DNA of 64,000 bases from Eledone cirrhosa (taxonomy: Eukaryota). Where the stretch lies: contig OZ024740.1 in NCBI GenBank assembly GCA_964016885.1, positions 74,958,001 to 75,022,000 of the forward strand, in the 5' to 3' direction. Positions 30,061 through 44,914 of this stretch are shown in pieces; the stretch's first letter is position 1, and every line of letters starts with the position of its first letter. The notes beneath the pieces are model-generated. The model saw only the letters and a list, made by a program, of their open reading frames with translations, had not been told where the DNA came from and did no database searches. The position numbers and the translations under genes were made by a program.

Positions 30061-30111
30061 GCTGTCTGAAGAAAACACGATATCTATCGTCATGGAAATA
30101 TATATAACGGT
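30061..30111 (+). ncRNA. Minimal hammerhead (family D) in fold-back element 29915-30240
   Basis: gctgt-CTGAAGA-aaac-acgata-tc-tatcgt-catg-GAAA-tatata-TA-acggt. 29921-29986 is an inverted copy of the sequence from tggaaa onward. Base of stem II is mismatched. Confidence 0.55.
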
Positions 30112-30238
30112 TCAATTAATAAAAGACTCTAACATCTACAACTTCAAATTTTCTTGTTTATAAATATACTCCGTCATCCTTATTTTGAAGAATTAATATG
30201 ACGTCGAGTGCTTGAAATGAATTGCATCCTTCTATACC

Positions 30239-30281
<43 letters not shown>

Positions 30282-30564
30282 TAACGAAGATCGTTCTCCG
30301 GCCAACGTCTAGCTCACTCATTATATATCTATATATATATGGTAGACGCAGACAAGGTGTAAGGTTCCAATGGCAAAATTACTAAATCAGAAACAGAAAT
30401 AGTAATAGAGCTAGTGTGAATGAGGGGGGGGGGGGCGATTAAGGACTAGGAAGAGTTAGAGCAGGGAGTAAGGTGGGGGTAAGGAGGGGGAAAGTTCGTA
30501 GTGACATGCGAAGAAAGACACGGGTAAAGATAAGAATACAGACATACGCGCGCGCACACACACG

Positions 30565-30603
<39 letters not shown>

Positions 30604-30920
30604 ACAGACACACACACATATATATATATATATAAATATATAAACATATATACATACATATGTATATATATATATAGATAGATAGATACATATATATAAC
30701 AATAATTTAGATCGATATACAATAATATCAACCTCGCTGTACCATAAATGCTCACTGAAAAGTTAGTGCGAAAAAAAATATTCTCAGAGCACACTCTTAA
30801 AGATAATATTGTGGAACATATTTTAATATCTTGCAAATATAAAACTTAAAAAACTAGGCAGAATTGTAAGGACAGTAAGGATTTTACTTAGATTACATTA
30901 GTAAATCACGCCCTTCGAAG

Positions 30921-31016
30921 CATATACAGCGCTGTTTCGAGTTGACAGAAACTCCACCAATTACCATTATTAACGCGATAATTCGTAAAGTTAAAACGCC
31001 AACACTCATCAGTAGG
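30921..31016 (-). ncRNA. Hammerhead-like motif with long stem II loop (family E)
   Basis: Reverse complement ccta-CTGATGA-gtgttggc...gtcaactc-GAAA-cagcgctg-TA-tatg. Palindromic stem III, GUA site, weak stem I. Lies between diverged direct repeats 30697-30890 and 31183-31457. Confidence 0.55.
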
Positions 31017-31480
31017 ACATCTTATTAATTAGACAAGATTATCAACTGTCTCCGTGCATTTTTATGGTAGCTGCGACAATAATTGTAACAGTCATTGAAC
31101 AGTGGAAGGCAGGGAGGAATGTTAAAAATAGCTCTCCCATAAACACGTGAAGCAACTCAACCAATATATTATTAAACCAGGAGTAACAATAATTTAGATA
31201 GATATCATAACCGCTCAATGAAAAGTTGGGGCGAAAAAAAAAGAACATTATTTAGAGCGCACTCTTAAAAGATAATGTTATGAAGACATTTTAAATAATT
31301 GTTTCTACTTTTGGCACAAAGCCAGCAATTACCCCAGTGCATTATTGGTACTTTATTTTATCGACCCAGTAAGGATGAAAGGCAAAGTTAACCTTGGCGG
31401 GATATCTTGCAAATATATAACATAGAACTAGACAGAACAGTAAGGATATTGCTTATATATATATACGCACTATATATATA

Positions 31481-31519
<39 letters not shown>

Positions 31520-31723
31520 AAAACACACAGATACATGCGGACACACACATATATACATGAATGCATCCGCACCGAACTGTGAGTTAAGGGTGCCAACTTC
31601 ACCGATGTTGCTCAATGAATGACTGGGACAGACCAATTCAGTTTGAACCAGATATATATATATATATATATATATACTCACATACATACATACATGCAGA
31701 CATACACACGCACACATGTATGT

Positions 31724-31818
<95 letters not shown>

Positions 31819-32189
31819 TGTCTGTCTGTCTGTCCGAGTACAACATACAGAATTAAATATATACAGTCAAAATATTTGAATAAAGGGAAGAAAAAAGTGG
31901 AAAAGGGAAGAAAAAGAAAAAAAATGGGAAATGAATATTATAAGGAATGAAAGAGTGTATGAAGGAATAAGAAAAGAAAGGGTGAAATAGAGAAAGAACA
32001 ATTATTGCTATCTCAAGTATTGTTATTGTGTAAGAGACCTAAAAATAACGGAAGTTAAAAATTGTTTGCAGCAATGAATAAGCGGAAACATTGAAAATGA
32101 AGCGGAATATACAAAGGAACAGACAAAATAGAGAATAAAGGCGGATATTTGGACGAACATATTCAAGAATAAAGACAGAAATGACAAAT

Positions 32190-33000
32190 AATAATTGTTT
32201 CTACTTTAGGCACAAGGCCAGCAATTACCCAGTGCATTACTGGTACTTTATTTTATCGACCCCGTAAGGATGAAAGGCAAAGTCAACCTCGGCAGGATTT
32301 GAACTCAGATCGTAAAGGGACGTAACTATGCTGGAAAGCATGTCCGACCCTCTACCGATACTGCCAATCCAATGATTTCTGATTAAGGCACAAGGCCAAC
32401 AATTTGGGGGGAGGGGAAAAGCGATTATATCGACCCTAGTGTGACTGGTACTTTATTTTATCGACCTTGTAAGGATGAAAGTCAAAGCTAACTCAGAGCG
32501 TAAAGGGAGGTAACTATATGCCGCGGAGCATGGTGTCAGACGCTCTACCGATACTGCCAATCCACCGCCCTAATAACTGTTTCTACTCTTGGCACAAGGA
32601 CAGCAATTACTCAGTGCATTACTGGTACTTTATTTTATCGACCCCGTAAGGATCAAAGGCAAAGTTAACCTCGACGGGATTTGAACTCAGAATGGCAAGG
32701 GCCGTAACTCTATGCGTCAAAGTATGGCGTCCGACCCTCTACCGATACTGCCAATCCACCGCCCTTTCACCGCCCTAATAATAATTTCATTTTATTATTT
32801 CTAATTGCCGGTGGATTGGCAGTATCGGTAGAGGGCCAGGCACCATGCTTTCCAGCATAGAGTTACGTCCCTTTAAGGTTTGAGTTCAAATCCCGCCGTG
32901 GTTAACTTTGCCTTTCATCCTTACGGGGTCGATAAAATAAAGTACCAGTAATGCACTGGGGTAATTGCTTGCCTTGTGCCAAAAGTAGAAACAATTATTT
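32190..33000. mobile_element. Cluster of tRNA-derived SINEs with Meta/MESC-like domain: three minus copies and one plus copy
   Basis: B-box gagttcaaatccc followed by gccgaggttaactttgcctttcatccttacggggtcgataaaataaagtaccag. Further copies near 8240, 9000, 9300, 15160, 15590, 17470, 20180-20775, 21160, 23820, 25740, 26545 and 31295. Confidence 0.85.
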
Positions 33001-33578
33001 CTACTAAGTTGTTTTAGTTTCTGTTGTTTAAACTCAGGTAGGTTTTGTGACTAAATACATTCTTTGCATCACCAACTCATTCTTTTAGTATATCTAAAAC
33101 TACATTGGCCATTGTGCTCTCTCATTTGAGGAAGATTTGGTTGCTATTTCTAGTAGTTCAAACAATTATGTAGAGATTCGCCTATTTGCTCAATTTATAG
33201 CAGGTTGTTGCTGTTGGTATTGCTGTTGTTTACGTTAACCCTGATTCTTCTTGGCTCGATAAAATCCCGTATCAGTCCATGACGGTGAATATACGGATTT
33301 GCTAGAGAATTGAACGAGATCCCTTACGGCTCTTTGTGCCCTTAATTCGTCACCCACTTTAACACCATCACCCGGGCGTTGGGTGCTTTTAGTGAATTTA
33401 CTGTATTCAGGCCAGGTCTCTCATATGAGGATAACTTTTACCCTTCCCCTCACCATGCGCGGAGGCAATAAAAATTAATGGAGTAACGCTAAAAAAGAAG
33501 CTGTTCATAATTTAATTCTATAAATGTTCTGTTTCACAGTAGTCACATGTGTGCATAAATGGGTGTGTACCATAGACA

Positions 33579-34372
33579 TATATATGACTATGCATGTGTA
33601 TACTCATCTCCGTATATATGACTATGCATGTGTATACTCATCTCCGTATATATGACTATGCATGTGTGTATACTCATCTCCGTATATATGACTATGCATG
33701 TGTGTATACTCATCTCCGTATATATGACTATGCATGTGTATACTCATCTCCGTATATATGACTATGCATGTGTATACTCATCTCCGTATATATGACTATG
33801 CATGTGTGTATACTCATCTCCGTATATATGACTATGCATGTGTATACTCATCTCCGTATATATGACTATGCATGTGTGTATACTCATCTCCGTATATATG
33901 ACTATGCATGTGTGTATACTCATCTCCGTATATATGACTATGCCTGTGTGTATACTCATCTCCGTATATATGACTATGCATGTGTGTATACTCATCTCCG
34001 TATATATGACTATGCATGTGTGTATACTCATCTCCGTATATATGACTATGCATGTGTGTATACTCATCTCCGTATATATGACTATGCATGTGTATACTCA
34101 TCTCCGTATATATGACTATGCCTGTGTGTATACTCATCTCCGTATATATGACTATGCATGTGTGTATACTCATCTCCGTATATATGACTATGCATGTGTG
34201 TATACTCATCTCCGTATATATGACTATGCATGTGTGTATACTCATCTCCGTATATATGACTATGCATGTGTGTATACTCATCTCCGTATATATGACTATG
34301 CATGTGTATACTCATCTCCGTATATATGACTATGCATGTGTATACTCATCTCCGTATATATGACTATGCATG
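33579..34372. repeat. Homogeneous 34/36-bp minisatellite, ~22 copies (tatatatgactatgcatgtg[tg]tatactcatctccg)
   Basis: Direct tandem repeats differing only by one TG unit and two a>c substitutions. No spacers. Confidence 0.95.
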
Positions 34373-35245
34373 CGAACACACATAAACACCTATTATGTCA
34401 TAAGGACTGCAGCTTTATCTAACTACGTGGTGTATATAGATAAATATTTGTGTGTACACAGATAGATAAGTGCATGTGTGTGTAGGTGTATGTGTGTGTG
34501 TGTAGCTGTGCGAGTAGGTGTGTGTATGAGTGTATATATATATATATATATATATACGTATATATGTGTACATATATATATATAAATATATATTGTGTGT
34601 GTGTATGTGTGTGTGTGTGTGAGTAGGTGTGTGTGTAGGTGTGTAAGTAGGTGTGTGTGTGTGTAGGTGTGTGAGTATATTATAGACAGTTTCCTACAGT
34701 AATGTCAGCATCTGGAAACCATCTTAAAAGTTTACTCAGAGATTGAAACTCACTGTTTGAAGATGCGATCTTTAATTCCATCTAATATACCGAAGTTATT
34801 CTTTCCTTTCCCCTTCCCTCTTTGTTTCTCTTCTATTCTATTCTATTTATTTGTCCGTTTCTTGTTGATGTTGCCATCGTCATCATTGTTGATGTTATTA
34901 TGCTGTTTTAAAGTTATTTTTTTCAACCTATCGTGGGTGGGATGGGTTTGGCAAAAAAACAACAACAAAAACAAAAAAACAAACCCAACAAAACGAAACA
35001 AAACAATGTATAATACATGCACATTGTTTTTGCAGCTGGATGCCCTTCTCTTGCTAATATCTCAGCCGTGAAATAGGAGTGTAACCGATTGCTTCTCTGA
35101 CAGAGTTGCACTGAATAATGAACCTTGGTCAGAACAACACAAACATGGCGGTTGTTCTAAAGCTTGAGATCATGACTTTGTGGTTTTATAGTCCAAATAA
35201 AATTCCAAGATTTAAAAAAACGACCGTTCTTTAAAAAAATATATA

Positions 35246-35440
35246 CAGACCTGTTAACTCTCCCCGTCTGACGGGCAGATCTCCCACCCACTTTTGGGTG
35301 GGCGAGAGATGTCTTCTCTTGCGAAAATGGGATTAGCTTTCATTAGATAAAATCTCCCCATTTTGCCTCATTTCTCCTCGTTTTGGGGCACTTTTTTCCA
35401 TGGTACTCCCCGTTTGGGTGTTTAGAAGTTAGCAGGTCTG
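35246..35440. mobile_element. MITE with cagacctg TIRs
   Basis: tata-cagacctgttaact ... agttagcaggtctg-tata. Confidence 0.65.
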
Positions 35441-37058
35441 TATATACAAGAGAAGCTGTTGTTTAGCCCAAACCAGACAATAAATATTTGAAAGAAATTG
35501 CATCAATGCATCTCACTTAGATTCCTTCAGTGGAGTACACTTCGTTGTAAGCCTTCGAACTAAGTCTCAGGTTTGTGGCTGGCATAATAAATCGATGTAT
35601 TGTTTTCTACTGTACTTTTCCTTGCGTAGTCTATTGTTTGTTACAGGATGGATGTACATACATACATACATACATACATACATTGTATGTATGTTTGTTT
35701 ACTGTCTCAACGATAATATATATATATATATATACACATACACATATACGTACACACACATACGCACACAAACATATATATGTATACATTATACACCTAC
35801 ATAATGTGTATGTGTGTGTGAGTCTGTGTGTGTTTATTCGTGTGCCTGTATATTGTGAAAGAAATAGAGAATAATAGGTTGAGAAGAAAAACGCCAAGAC
35901 AGTGGTGGTTTGTCAGATAATATGCAACTGTGTTTTTTCTTTCTTATAAGTAAATTCACATCCTTGTTTTTACTGTTAAACGCACACACACACACACAAA
36001 CACACACACATACACACACACACAAACACACACACACACACACACGACCTCCTTGACACTCCATTCAACAGTACAAGCCAGTAGAGTTTCAAGCTGGTCG
36101 TGTGATCTGCTGGATAATAAATAACGGCCAGATCTCATTTAAATGACGTCATTCGCTCTTAATAAAAAAATGAGCATATGTGATAATGTGTCCCTGGGAT
36201 CGCCATGGTGGGAATTTCGTTTCATCATCGGTCATCTGCTTTATTAAAGCTGATATAGAGTCAAACAACACCAACCTTGTGTTTCATCCTTCCCTGGTCG
36301 ATAAAATACAGTACCATTTCATGACGGCGGATTAACGAACTCATTTGAACATGGATGGGCTTCCTGGCGGTATTTATTGCAGCTCTTTGTGTTCTGAATT
36401 CAATTTCCACCTTAACCTACTTCAATGATCGACTTAATCCGCTTTAACAGCACCACTTTTCCCTTGGGTACCTTTAGTGGAGTCCACTTGGTTGTAAGCA
36501 TTCAGACTAAGCCGTCGGTTTAAGGATAAATTCGTTCCGCTCTCCCATCAGTTTGGAAGCTTTGTAAAGGATCATAAGCCCTACTTTTTCTTTCCCGACA
36601 GCAAAACAGTAAAACAACAGCACGAGTAACAACAACAACACAATCAACAACAACAGTATCAACAACACCACCACCACCACCAACAACAGCAATAACAACA
36701 ACGCCACTACCACCACCACCACCAACACCACAATCAACAACAACATTACCACTACCACAAGCACCACCACCAACAACCACAACACCACCACCACCACAAA
36801 CAACACCACAATCAACAACATTACCACTACCACCACCACCACCAACGCCACCAACATCAGCACCACCACCAGCAACAACACCACAAACAACAACAACACC
36901 ACCAGCAACAACAACAATACCACCACCATCAACAACAACAATATCAGTAACAACAAATACCACAACAAAACAACTGCAACAGCAACAGGAGTGGCAGAGG
37001 TTGGGGTATGAGAGTGATTAAAGAGAGAGAGAGGGGTGTATACGTACGCACACAGACA

Positions 37059-37135
<77 letters not shown>

Positions 37136-37276
37136 AATTACATAAAATGTTTTTTTTATTACATATGTTTCACTGTCGATCAGCTCGAGGAACGATCTAT
37201 TAGTGATCGATCCTGACTCTGAATCGGAAGCTCCTCAGATGTGTTTTAACATCGCGCCTGAGAGTGGTTGAATATG

Positions 37277-37337
<61 letters not shown>

Positions 37338-37340
<3 letters not shown>

Positions 37341-37660
37341 CAAGTAGGACCCCTATTGTTCCTATTACCCACTCTACTACCCTAAGTATTGAGTACTTTG
37401 GTGCGTTATGGTCCATCTGGTTCCTTACCACATTTCCTTCATTATATATATATATATATATATATATAACAAAGGAGTTGTGGTAAGGAACCAGGTGGAC
37501 CATAACGCACCAGAGTACTCAATACTTAGGGTAGTAGAGTGGGTAATAGGAAAATGTTTAACCTCGACGGCAGAGCTCAAGCCGTTCCGACGGCTATTTC
37601 TGGACTGAAATAGCCGTCGAAAAGGCTTGAGCTCTGCCGTCGGGGTTAAACATTTTCCTA
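37338..37660. mobile_element. Family F1 copies, tail-to-tail across a (TA)n tract
   Basis: 37338-37443 is a forward tail. 37467-37660 is a reverse tail plus hairpin core. Confidence 0.8.
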
Positions 37661-37787
37661 TATATATAGATATATACATATATACATACACACACACACG
37701 CACACATACGCACACACACACACATATATATATAAATAAATACATACACACACATACATATATATATATACACACACACACACGCAC

Positions 37788-37822
<35 letters not shown>

Positions 37823-38202
37823 TACACACACATGCACACACATATATATATATATGGCTTTTTCTGGGCTACATTTGAGCCACGGAAAAAAGAAAGATAG
37901 AAGACCCTTATTAGAATAAAAGGTCAAAGAGGCAAGATTTTTTTTAAAAAGGCAACAAATAAATAAAATTACTCTCCACTACTCCCCCTCGTCCTCTCTT
38001 CGACATACATCTCACAGCCAACACTCTCCGATAAGTATTTCTCATCCTACCCTCACCCCCCCCCCATTCCACCGCCTCCACCGCCACGTAACACAGCATC
38101 TTTCCCCAGTCCACCCTCGCCGCGCCACAGAGTCGTCAAACTATTTAAGAAACAGCTGTATTACGTACGATACACAGACGTACAGACAGACTAAGAGTGC
38201 GG

Positions 38203-38233
<31 letters not shown>

Positions 38234-38284
38234 TGAAAAAGAGAAAGAAAGAGAGGAAAAAGAGAAAGAAAGAGAGAAATAGAA

Positions 38285-38315
<31 letters not shown>

Positions 38316-38499
38316 AAGAGAGAAAGAGAAAGAAAAAAGAGAGAGAGAGAGGGTGAGTAGAAGACAGGCAGAGAAATAGAGGGATAGACAGTGAGCTAGA
38401 CAGACTGGCAGCAAGACAGACAGGCGGACAGACCAACAGACAGACATACAGTGGCTGGCTGGAGTAGAGAGTTTCTAGTTGACAGAGTAAATCAGATAT

Positions 38500-39312
38500 A
38501 GACACACAACACAGAGACACAGCAGAGAGACACACAATACAGACACACAACAGAGAGACACACAACACAGAGACACAACACAGACACAACACAGACATAA
38601 CACAGAGACACAACACAGACACAACACAGACATAACACAGAGACACAACACAGACACAACACAGACACACAACAGAGACACAACACAGAGACACAACAGA
38701 GAGACACAACACAGACACAACACAGAGACACAACACAGACACAACACAGACACAACAGAGAGACACACAACACAGAGACACAACACAGACACAACACAGA
38801 CACAACACAGAGACACAACACAGACACAACACAGAGACACAACACAGAGACACAACACAGAGACACACCACAGAGACACAACACAGAGACACACAACACA
38901 GAGAGACACAACACAGACACACAACACAGAGACACAACACAGACACAACACAGACACACAACACAGACACAACACAGAGACACAACACAGACACAACACA
39001 GAGACACAACACAGAGACACACCGCAGAGACACAACACAGAGACACACAACACAGAGACACAACACAGACACAACACAGAAACACAACACAGAGACACAC
39101 CACAGAGACACAACACAGAGACACACAACACAGAGAGACACAACACAGACACACAACACAGAGACACAACACAGACACAACACAGACACACAACACAGAC
39201 ACAACACAGAGACACAACACAGAGACACAACACAGAGACACACCGCAGAGACACAACACAGAGACACACAACACAGAGACACAACACAGAGACAACACAG
39301 ACACAACACACA
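38500..39312. repeat. (cacaacacagaga)-type compound satellite
   Basis: Seen directly. Confidence 0.9.
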
Positions 39313-40478
39313 GAGATAAATACTCAAACATACATATACATACATATGGAATCAGCTACAACATATACACGCACACTCATAAGGAATCTTCTAGAGCACA
39401 CATTGACACAGACTCATCCACAACCAATATACATACATATATACATACAAACATACATACATACAAACACATATACATACATACATACACACATACGTAC
39501 ATACATGCATACATGCATACATACATACATACACACATACGTACATACATACATACATACATACATACATACATACATACATACATACATACATACATAC
39601 ATACACACATATATACATACATACACATATACATACATGCATACATACATACATACACACATACGTACATACATGCATACATGCATACATACATATATAC
39701 ATACATACATACATACATACACATATACATACATACACACATATATACATACATACACATATACATACATGCATACATACATACATACACACATACGTAC
39801 ATACATGCATACATGCATACATACATACATACACACATACATACATACACACATACATACATGCATACATGCCTATATACATACACACATACATACATAC
39901 ATGCATGCATACATACATACACACATGCATACATACATACATACATGCATACATACATACATACATACATACATACATACATACATACATACATGCATAC
40001 ATACATACACACATGCATGTATACATACATGCATATACACATGCATACCTACACACATACATACATGCATGCATACATACATATACACATGCATACATAC
40101 ATACACACATACATACATGCATGCATACATATACACATGCATACATACCTACACACATACATACATGCATGCATACATACATACATATACACATGCATAC
40201 ATGCATACATACACACATACATACATGCATGCATACATACATACATACATACATACATATACACATACATACATAACGAACTCAAGAGGTTCCATCTGAC
40301 CTTTATACTACCATCTTCGTATTTATGTGTACTTGAGCTTTCTATGTTTATCAATATGTATATATGTATCGATGTGTAAAGCATCTATGTACGTATGGTG
40401 CTGTGTGTGTATTCGCATATGCCTATGTATGCAATTTTGATATCAATATGTAGACACTTGTTTATACACACACATATA

Positions 40479-40538
<60 letters not shown>

Positions 40539-40672
40539 TAGAAGGGGTATATAATTTGTTGGAAGTCCGACAAATATAAATGTTTATAACTGATTTAGAG
40601 CACTCAACAGTTAACTGGAGTAAATATTCAATGATATTAAATAAATGGAAACTATATTTATCAAACCAGATT

Positions 40673-40735
40673 TATTTTATTATATATATTTCAAGGGTAC
40701 CAAGACACATTGGTACGCTTTCATCAGATAAAATA
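40673..40735 (-). ncRNA. Minimal hammerhead ribozyme (family F), apparently intact
   Basis: Reverse complement tattttat-CTGATGA-aagcgtaccaa-tgtgtc-ttggtaccctt-GAAA-tatata-TA-ataaaata. Perfect 8-bp stem I, ~10-bp stem II, AUA site. Confidence 0.75.
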
Positions 40736-40951
40736 CAAAGTTTGTTTTATAAATAGAGACATACCCAGGAAAATCATACCTTATCGGTTGGATATTCACT
40801 GTCTGTATATATATATGTATATATATGTGCATGTATATATATATATATATATACATGTGTTAAACGTTTTCCTATTACCCACTCTACTACGCTAAGTATT
40901 GAGTACTCTGGTGCGTTATGGTCCATCTGGTTCCTTACCACACTTCCTTCG

Positions 40952-40989
<38 letters not shown>

Positions 40990-41265
40990 TTCATCTGGTA
41001 GCATGACCCTATTCCATGTAAGATCTCCTAAGTGTTCTGGTAAGGTATTAAAAAGATCTGAGCCTTGGAACCCTAAGTTATTGAAGCAACTGGGTCTACA
41101 TTTGGGAGCTTGGGGTCTTTGGCACTATGCAGCGACGTTCATTTCTGGGATGGGCATAGCTTTCAACGCGAAAGTTTAGTGCTCTTTTTCCTGTCTTCAC
41201 TTCAGGGAGTTGACTCTTAGATCTTTCAGCCTTTCCAATTTCTCTCTCCACCCCCTCTCTCTCTG

Positions 41266-41379
<114 letters not shown>

Positions 41380-41469
41380 TTACTCACATGTATATATATA
41401 CATGCACACATATTTATATATATATATATATCACCCAGAAACATTAGTGTCTCTCTCTCTCTCTCTCTC

Positions 41470-41518
<49 letters not shown>

Positions 41519-42615
41519 GTATATATATATATATATATACATATATATATTATATATATGTGTGTATGTGTGTCTGAAACTTTGTTTCACACACACACAC
41601 ACACACACACACAAAATATTTAGGTGATTCGGCAAAGTTGTTAGATTGATAAATTGTCAATTGCTATAGGTTCCGATTTGTTGATTTCTGAACCCAAATT
41701 CCACCTAGGTGCTTCCCAAGTCTCCAAAAGGGTCTTCGCCAAAAAGCAGATGTATTATTATACTGAGGATTCAAGGGAAGACTTCCGCCGGTTATGTTGA
41801 ATAGGGCCTCTGTAACTTCCTTTAACACACACACACTCACACATACACACATATCTCTCAAGGAAGAGGCTATGTAGCCGGTCCCGGTAAAATAGCTCCC
41901 AGACTATGTAGCCGGTAAGAGTGTCAAACACTATGAGTTGTGGTCCTTTACGGTCTGAGTTAAGACAATTTGAAATATTTTCCACCATCAATTGTTAAAA
42001 AAAACAAGTTAAAATCATTTAGTCGTCCATTTGTAACGTACGTTACGCTTTAGTTACACACACACACATCTACACGTAAATACATAAACAGATACAGACA
42101 ACAGAACTGCAAACCCACACATACACACACACACTCATCTACTCATACATATTCATAAATAGACACATTATACAAAATAATTATTACATGCACACACATC
42201 TATGCAATGACTGAGGAAGGAAGAGGTTCGTGAAACTCTATAGTCATGTGTGTGTTGCGTCTCTTTTTAGAGTTTACCGGCTACATAGCCTATTCGATAT
42301 ATCAACGCATAACCAACATATTTGCGTGCGTGTGTGTATGTGTGTGAGTGTAATTCTGTTTATGTTTGCTTTCCTTTTTGTGTGTAATGTCATCACGTAT
42401 GTGTGTTTATTGTTTGTATAATATATAGGGTATAGTACATACTTTAATTGCTACATAAGCATCTCGATAAAATCACACACATACACACAGACACATACAA
42501 ATTAACGAACGTACGCACGCATACACAACTACATTTAAGCAAACGTTGATTCACGAAGACCACCGGTGAAGTGTGTGTGTGTGTGCGTGTGCGAGTATAT
42601 ATATATATATATATG

Positions 42616-42664
<49 letters not shown>

Positions 42665-42894
42665 GTTCATAATCTCTTATTCGAAAACCTTGGGACCAGA
42701 CACTGTATATATACACACACACATATATATATGTATATACATACACATACACATACACACATACATACATGCATACATACATACCGTCCTTACAGAGTTT
42801 GGTAAACATTACTTGGAAAAAAGTATATGGTAACTATTTAACAGTATTGAGTTCATTATTCAGTTAAAAATATTGTATTCATTTATATCATAAT

Positions 42895-42925
<31 letters not shown>

Positions 42926-43355
42926 CACACACATATTCACACTACACACACATATTCACACACGTTCATATCTATATATATATATATATATATATATACA
43001 TGTTTTTGTATGAGTGTGTGTAAGGACAAGTGTGTGGGATAAAATATATAAATAAAAAAAAGCTTTAATTGAATGTTTTGTGTCAGTGTGTGTGTACGTG
43101 CGCGCGCGCGTGTGTGTGTGTGTGGGGGTGGGTATTTCGAGGTTCATAAAATAATGAACCTGTTGTGGGCAGTGTACTGGTGGAATTGGTAGAGCATCGG
43201 AGAAGATGCCTTGAGGTTGTTCCGAATCTTGGCTGTCTAAAATTCGTGGGTGGTACATTTAATCCGGCTTGTGAAGAACTTTCTTACTACTCCACACCTC
43301 CAGTCACGGAGGGTCTGAAAAATGAAAGGGTCACGGACAGGGCCCTTCTCTGCCT

Positions 43356-43428
<73 letters not shown>

Positions 43429-43429
43429 G

Positions 43430-43479
<50 letters not shown>

Positions 43480-43593
43480 GTATATATATGTACGTACACA
43501 CGCATATATATATGTGTGTGTGTGACACAAGCTCATAGCTGTTTCTATATCTGCCTCCCATTCACGCCCTCTGTTTTTGTATACATACATACA

Positions 43594-44203
43594 TGGTGGC
43601 TGCCAACTCGTTTTCGAGTACGGCCACTACTTTATATCCATGTAGGAGAACCCCTACCGATGCGCTGAACGAGTGTGAATTTTTAGTCCAGCCAGCGACT
43701 TGAAAACTCTGGTACAAACACTACACTTGTGACAATCATTGACACATAGTGCTTTACCTTTGGTACCATGTGACGACAAGTGCAGAGAGATCTCCAGATA
43801 TAAAGCAATGCCTGTGCCGTGAAGCTTTTATAGTGAGCAAAGGCACTGCACAAAGCCAGTCCCACTCTCTTAACCAAGATGATATTTACCCAAAAAGAAG
43901 AACAAGTCAACATCATTGGATACCATCAGGGTTGCAGGTGTTATATCAGAGTTTTCCTTCTCCTAGAATTCTGCCTTGACAAAGGCTAAGGGGTCATCTC
44001 TCCCAGTGATTTTGGATGGCCATTGACCCTTAAGAGCTCCTTTGCCCTTTGACAGGTTTTGTTTTTAGTCTTGCAGGATGTCCAAAGTCACCCTCCTCAC
44101 CAAGAAACCTTGGCGGGGTTGCCAGTTTAGTCGCCAACGACCCGACCATGAGACAGGTTGTACTGGGATACATGTTACCAGTAGCACCAAGTGGTGACCT
44201 GAC
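43594..44203 (-). mobile_element. ~610-bp (ATGT)n-tailed retroposon, copy 2
   Basis: Reverse complement of 3637-4245 with scattered substitutions, embedded in (TACA)n. Confidence 0.7.
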
Positions 44204-44267
44204 ATACATACATACATACATACATACATACATACATACATACATACATACATACATACATAAATAC

Positions 44268-44298
<31 letters not shown>

Positions 44299-44333
44299 CA
44301 TACATACATACATACATACATACATACATACAT

Positions 44334-44681
44334 GGTGGCTGCCAACTCGTTTTCGAGTACGGGCACTACTTTATATCCATGTAGGAGAACCCCTACCGAT
44401 GCGCTGAACGAGCCTGACTTTTTAGTCCAGCCAGCGACTTGAAAACTCTGGTACAAACACTACACTTGTGACAATTATTGACACATAGTGCTGAGCCTAT
44501 GGTACCATGTGACGACAAGTGCAGAGAGATCTCCAGATATAAAGCAATGCCTGTGCCGTGAAGCTTTTATAGTGAGCAAAGGCACTGCACAAAGCCAGTC
44601 CCACTCTCTTAACCAAGATGATATTTACCAAAAAGAAGAACAAGTCAACATCATTGGAAACCATCAGGGTTGCAGGTGTTA
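44334..44681 (-). mobile_element. 5'-truncated copy 3 of the (ATGT)n-tailed retroposon
   Basis: Same 3' end as copies 1 and 2 but truncated at ...gttgcaggtgtta. Shared 3' end with variable 5' truncation is typical of target-primed reverse transcription. Confidence 0.7.
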
Positions 44682-44914
44682 TACATACATACATATATAC
44701 ATACATACATACATACATACATACATACATACATACATACATACATACATAAATACTTACATACATATATACATACATACATACGTACATACATACATAC
44801 ATACATACATACATACATACATACATACATAAATACTTACATACATATATACATACATACATACGTACATACATACATACATACATACATACATACATAC
44901 ATACATACATACAC

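Noticed and set aside
33579-34372. 36-bp repeat array as a CRISPR
   Set aside because: Units abut with no unique spacers, there are no cas genes, and the context is eukaryotic.
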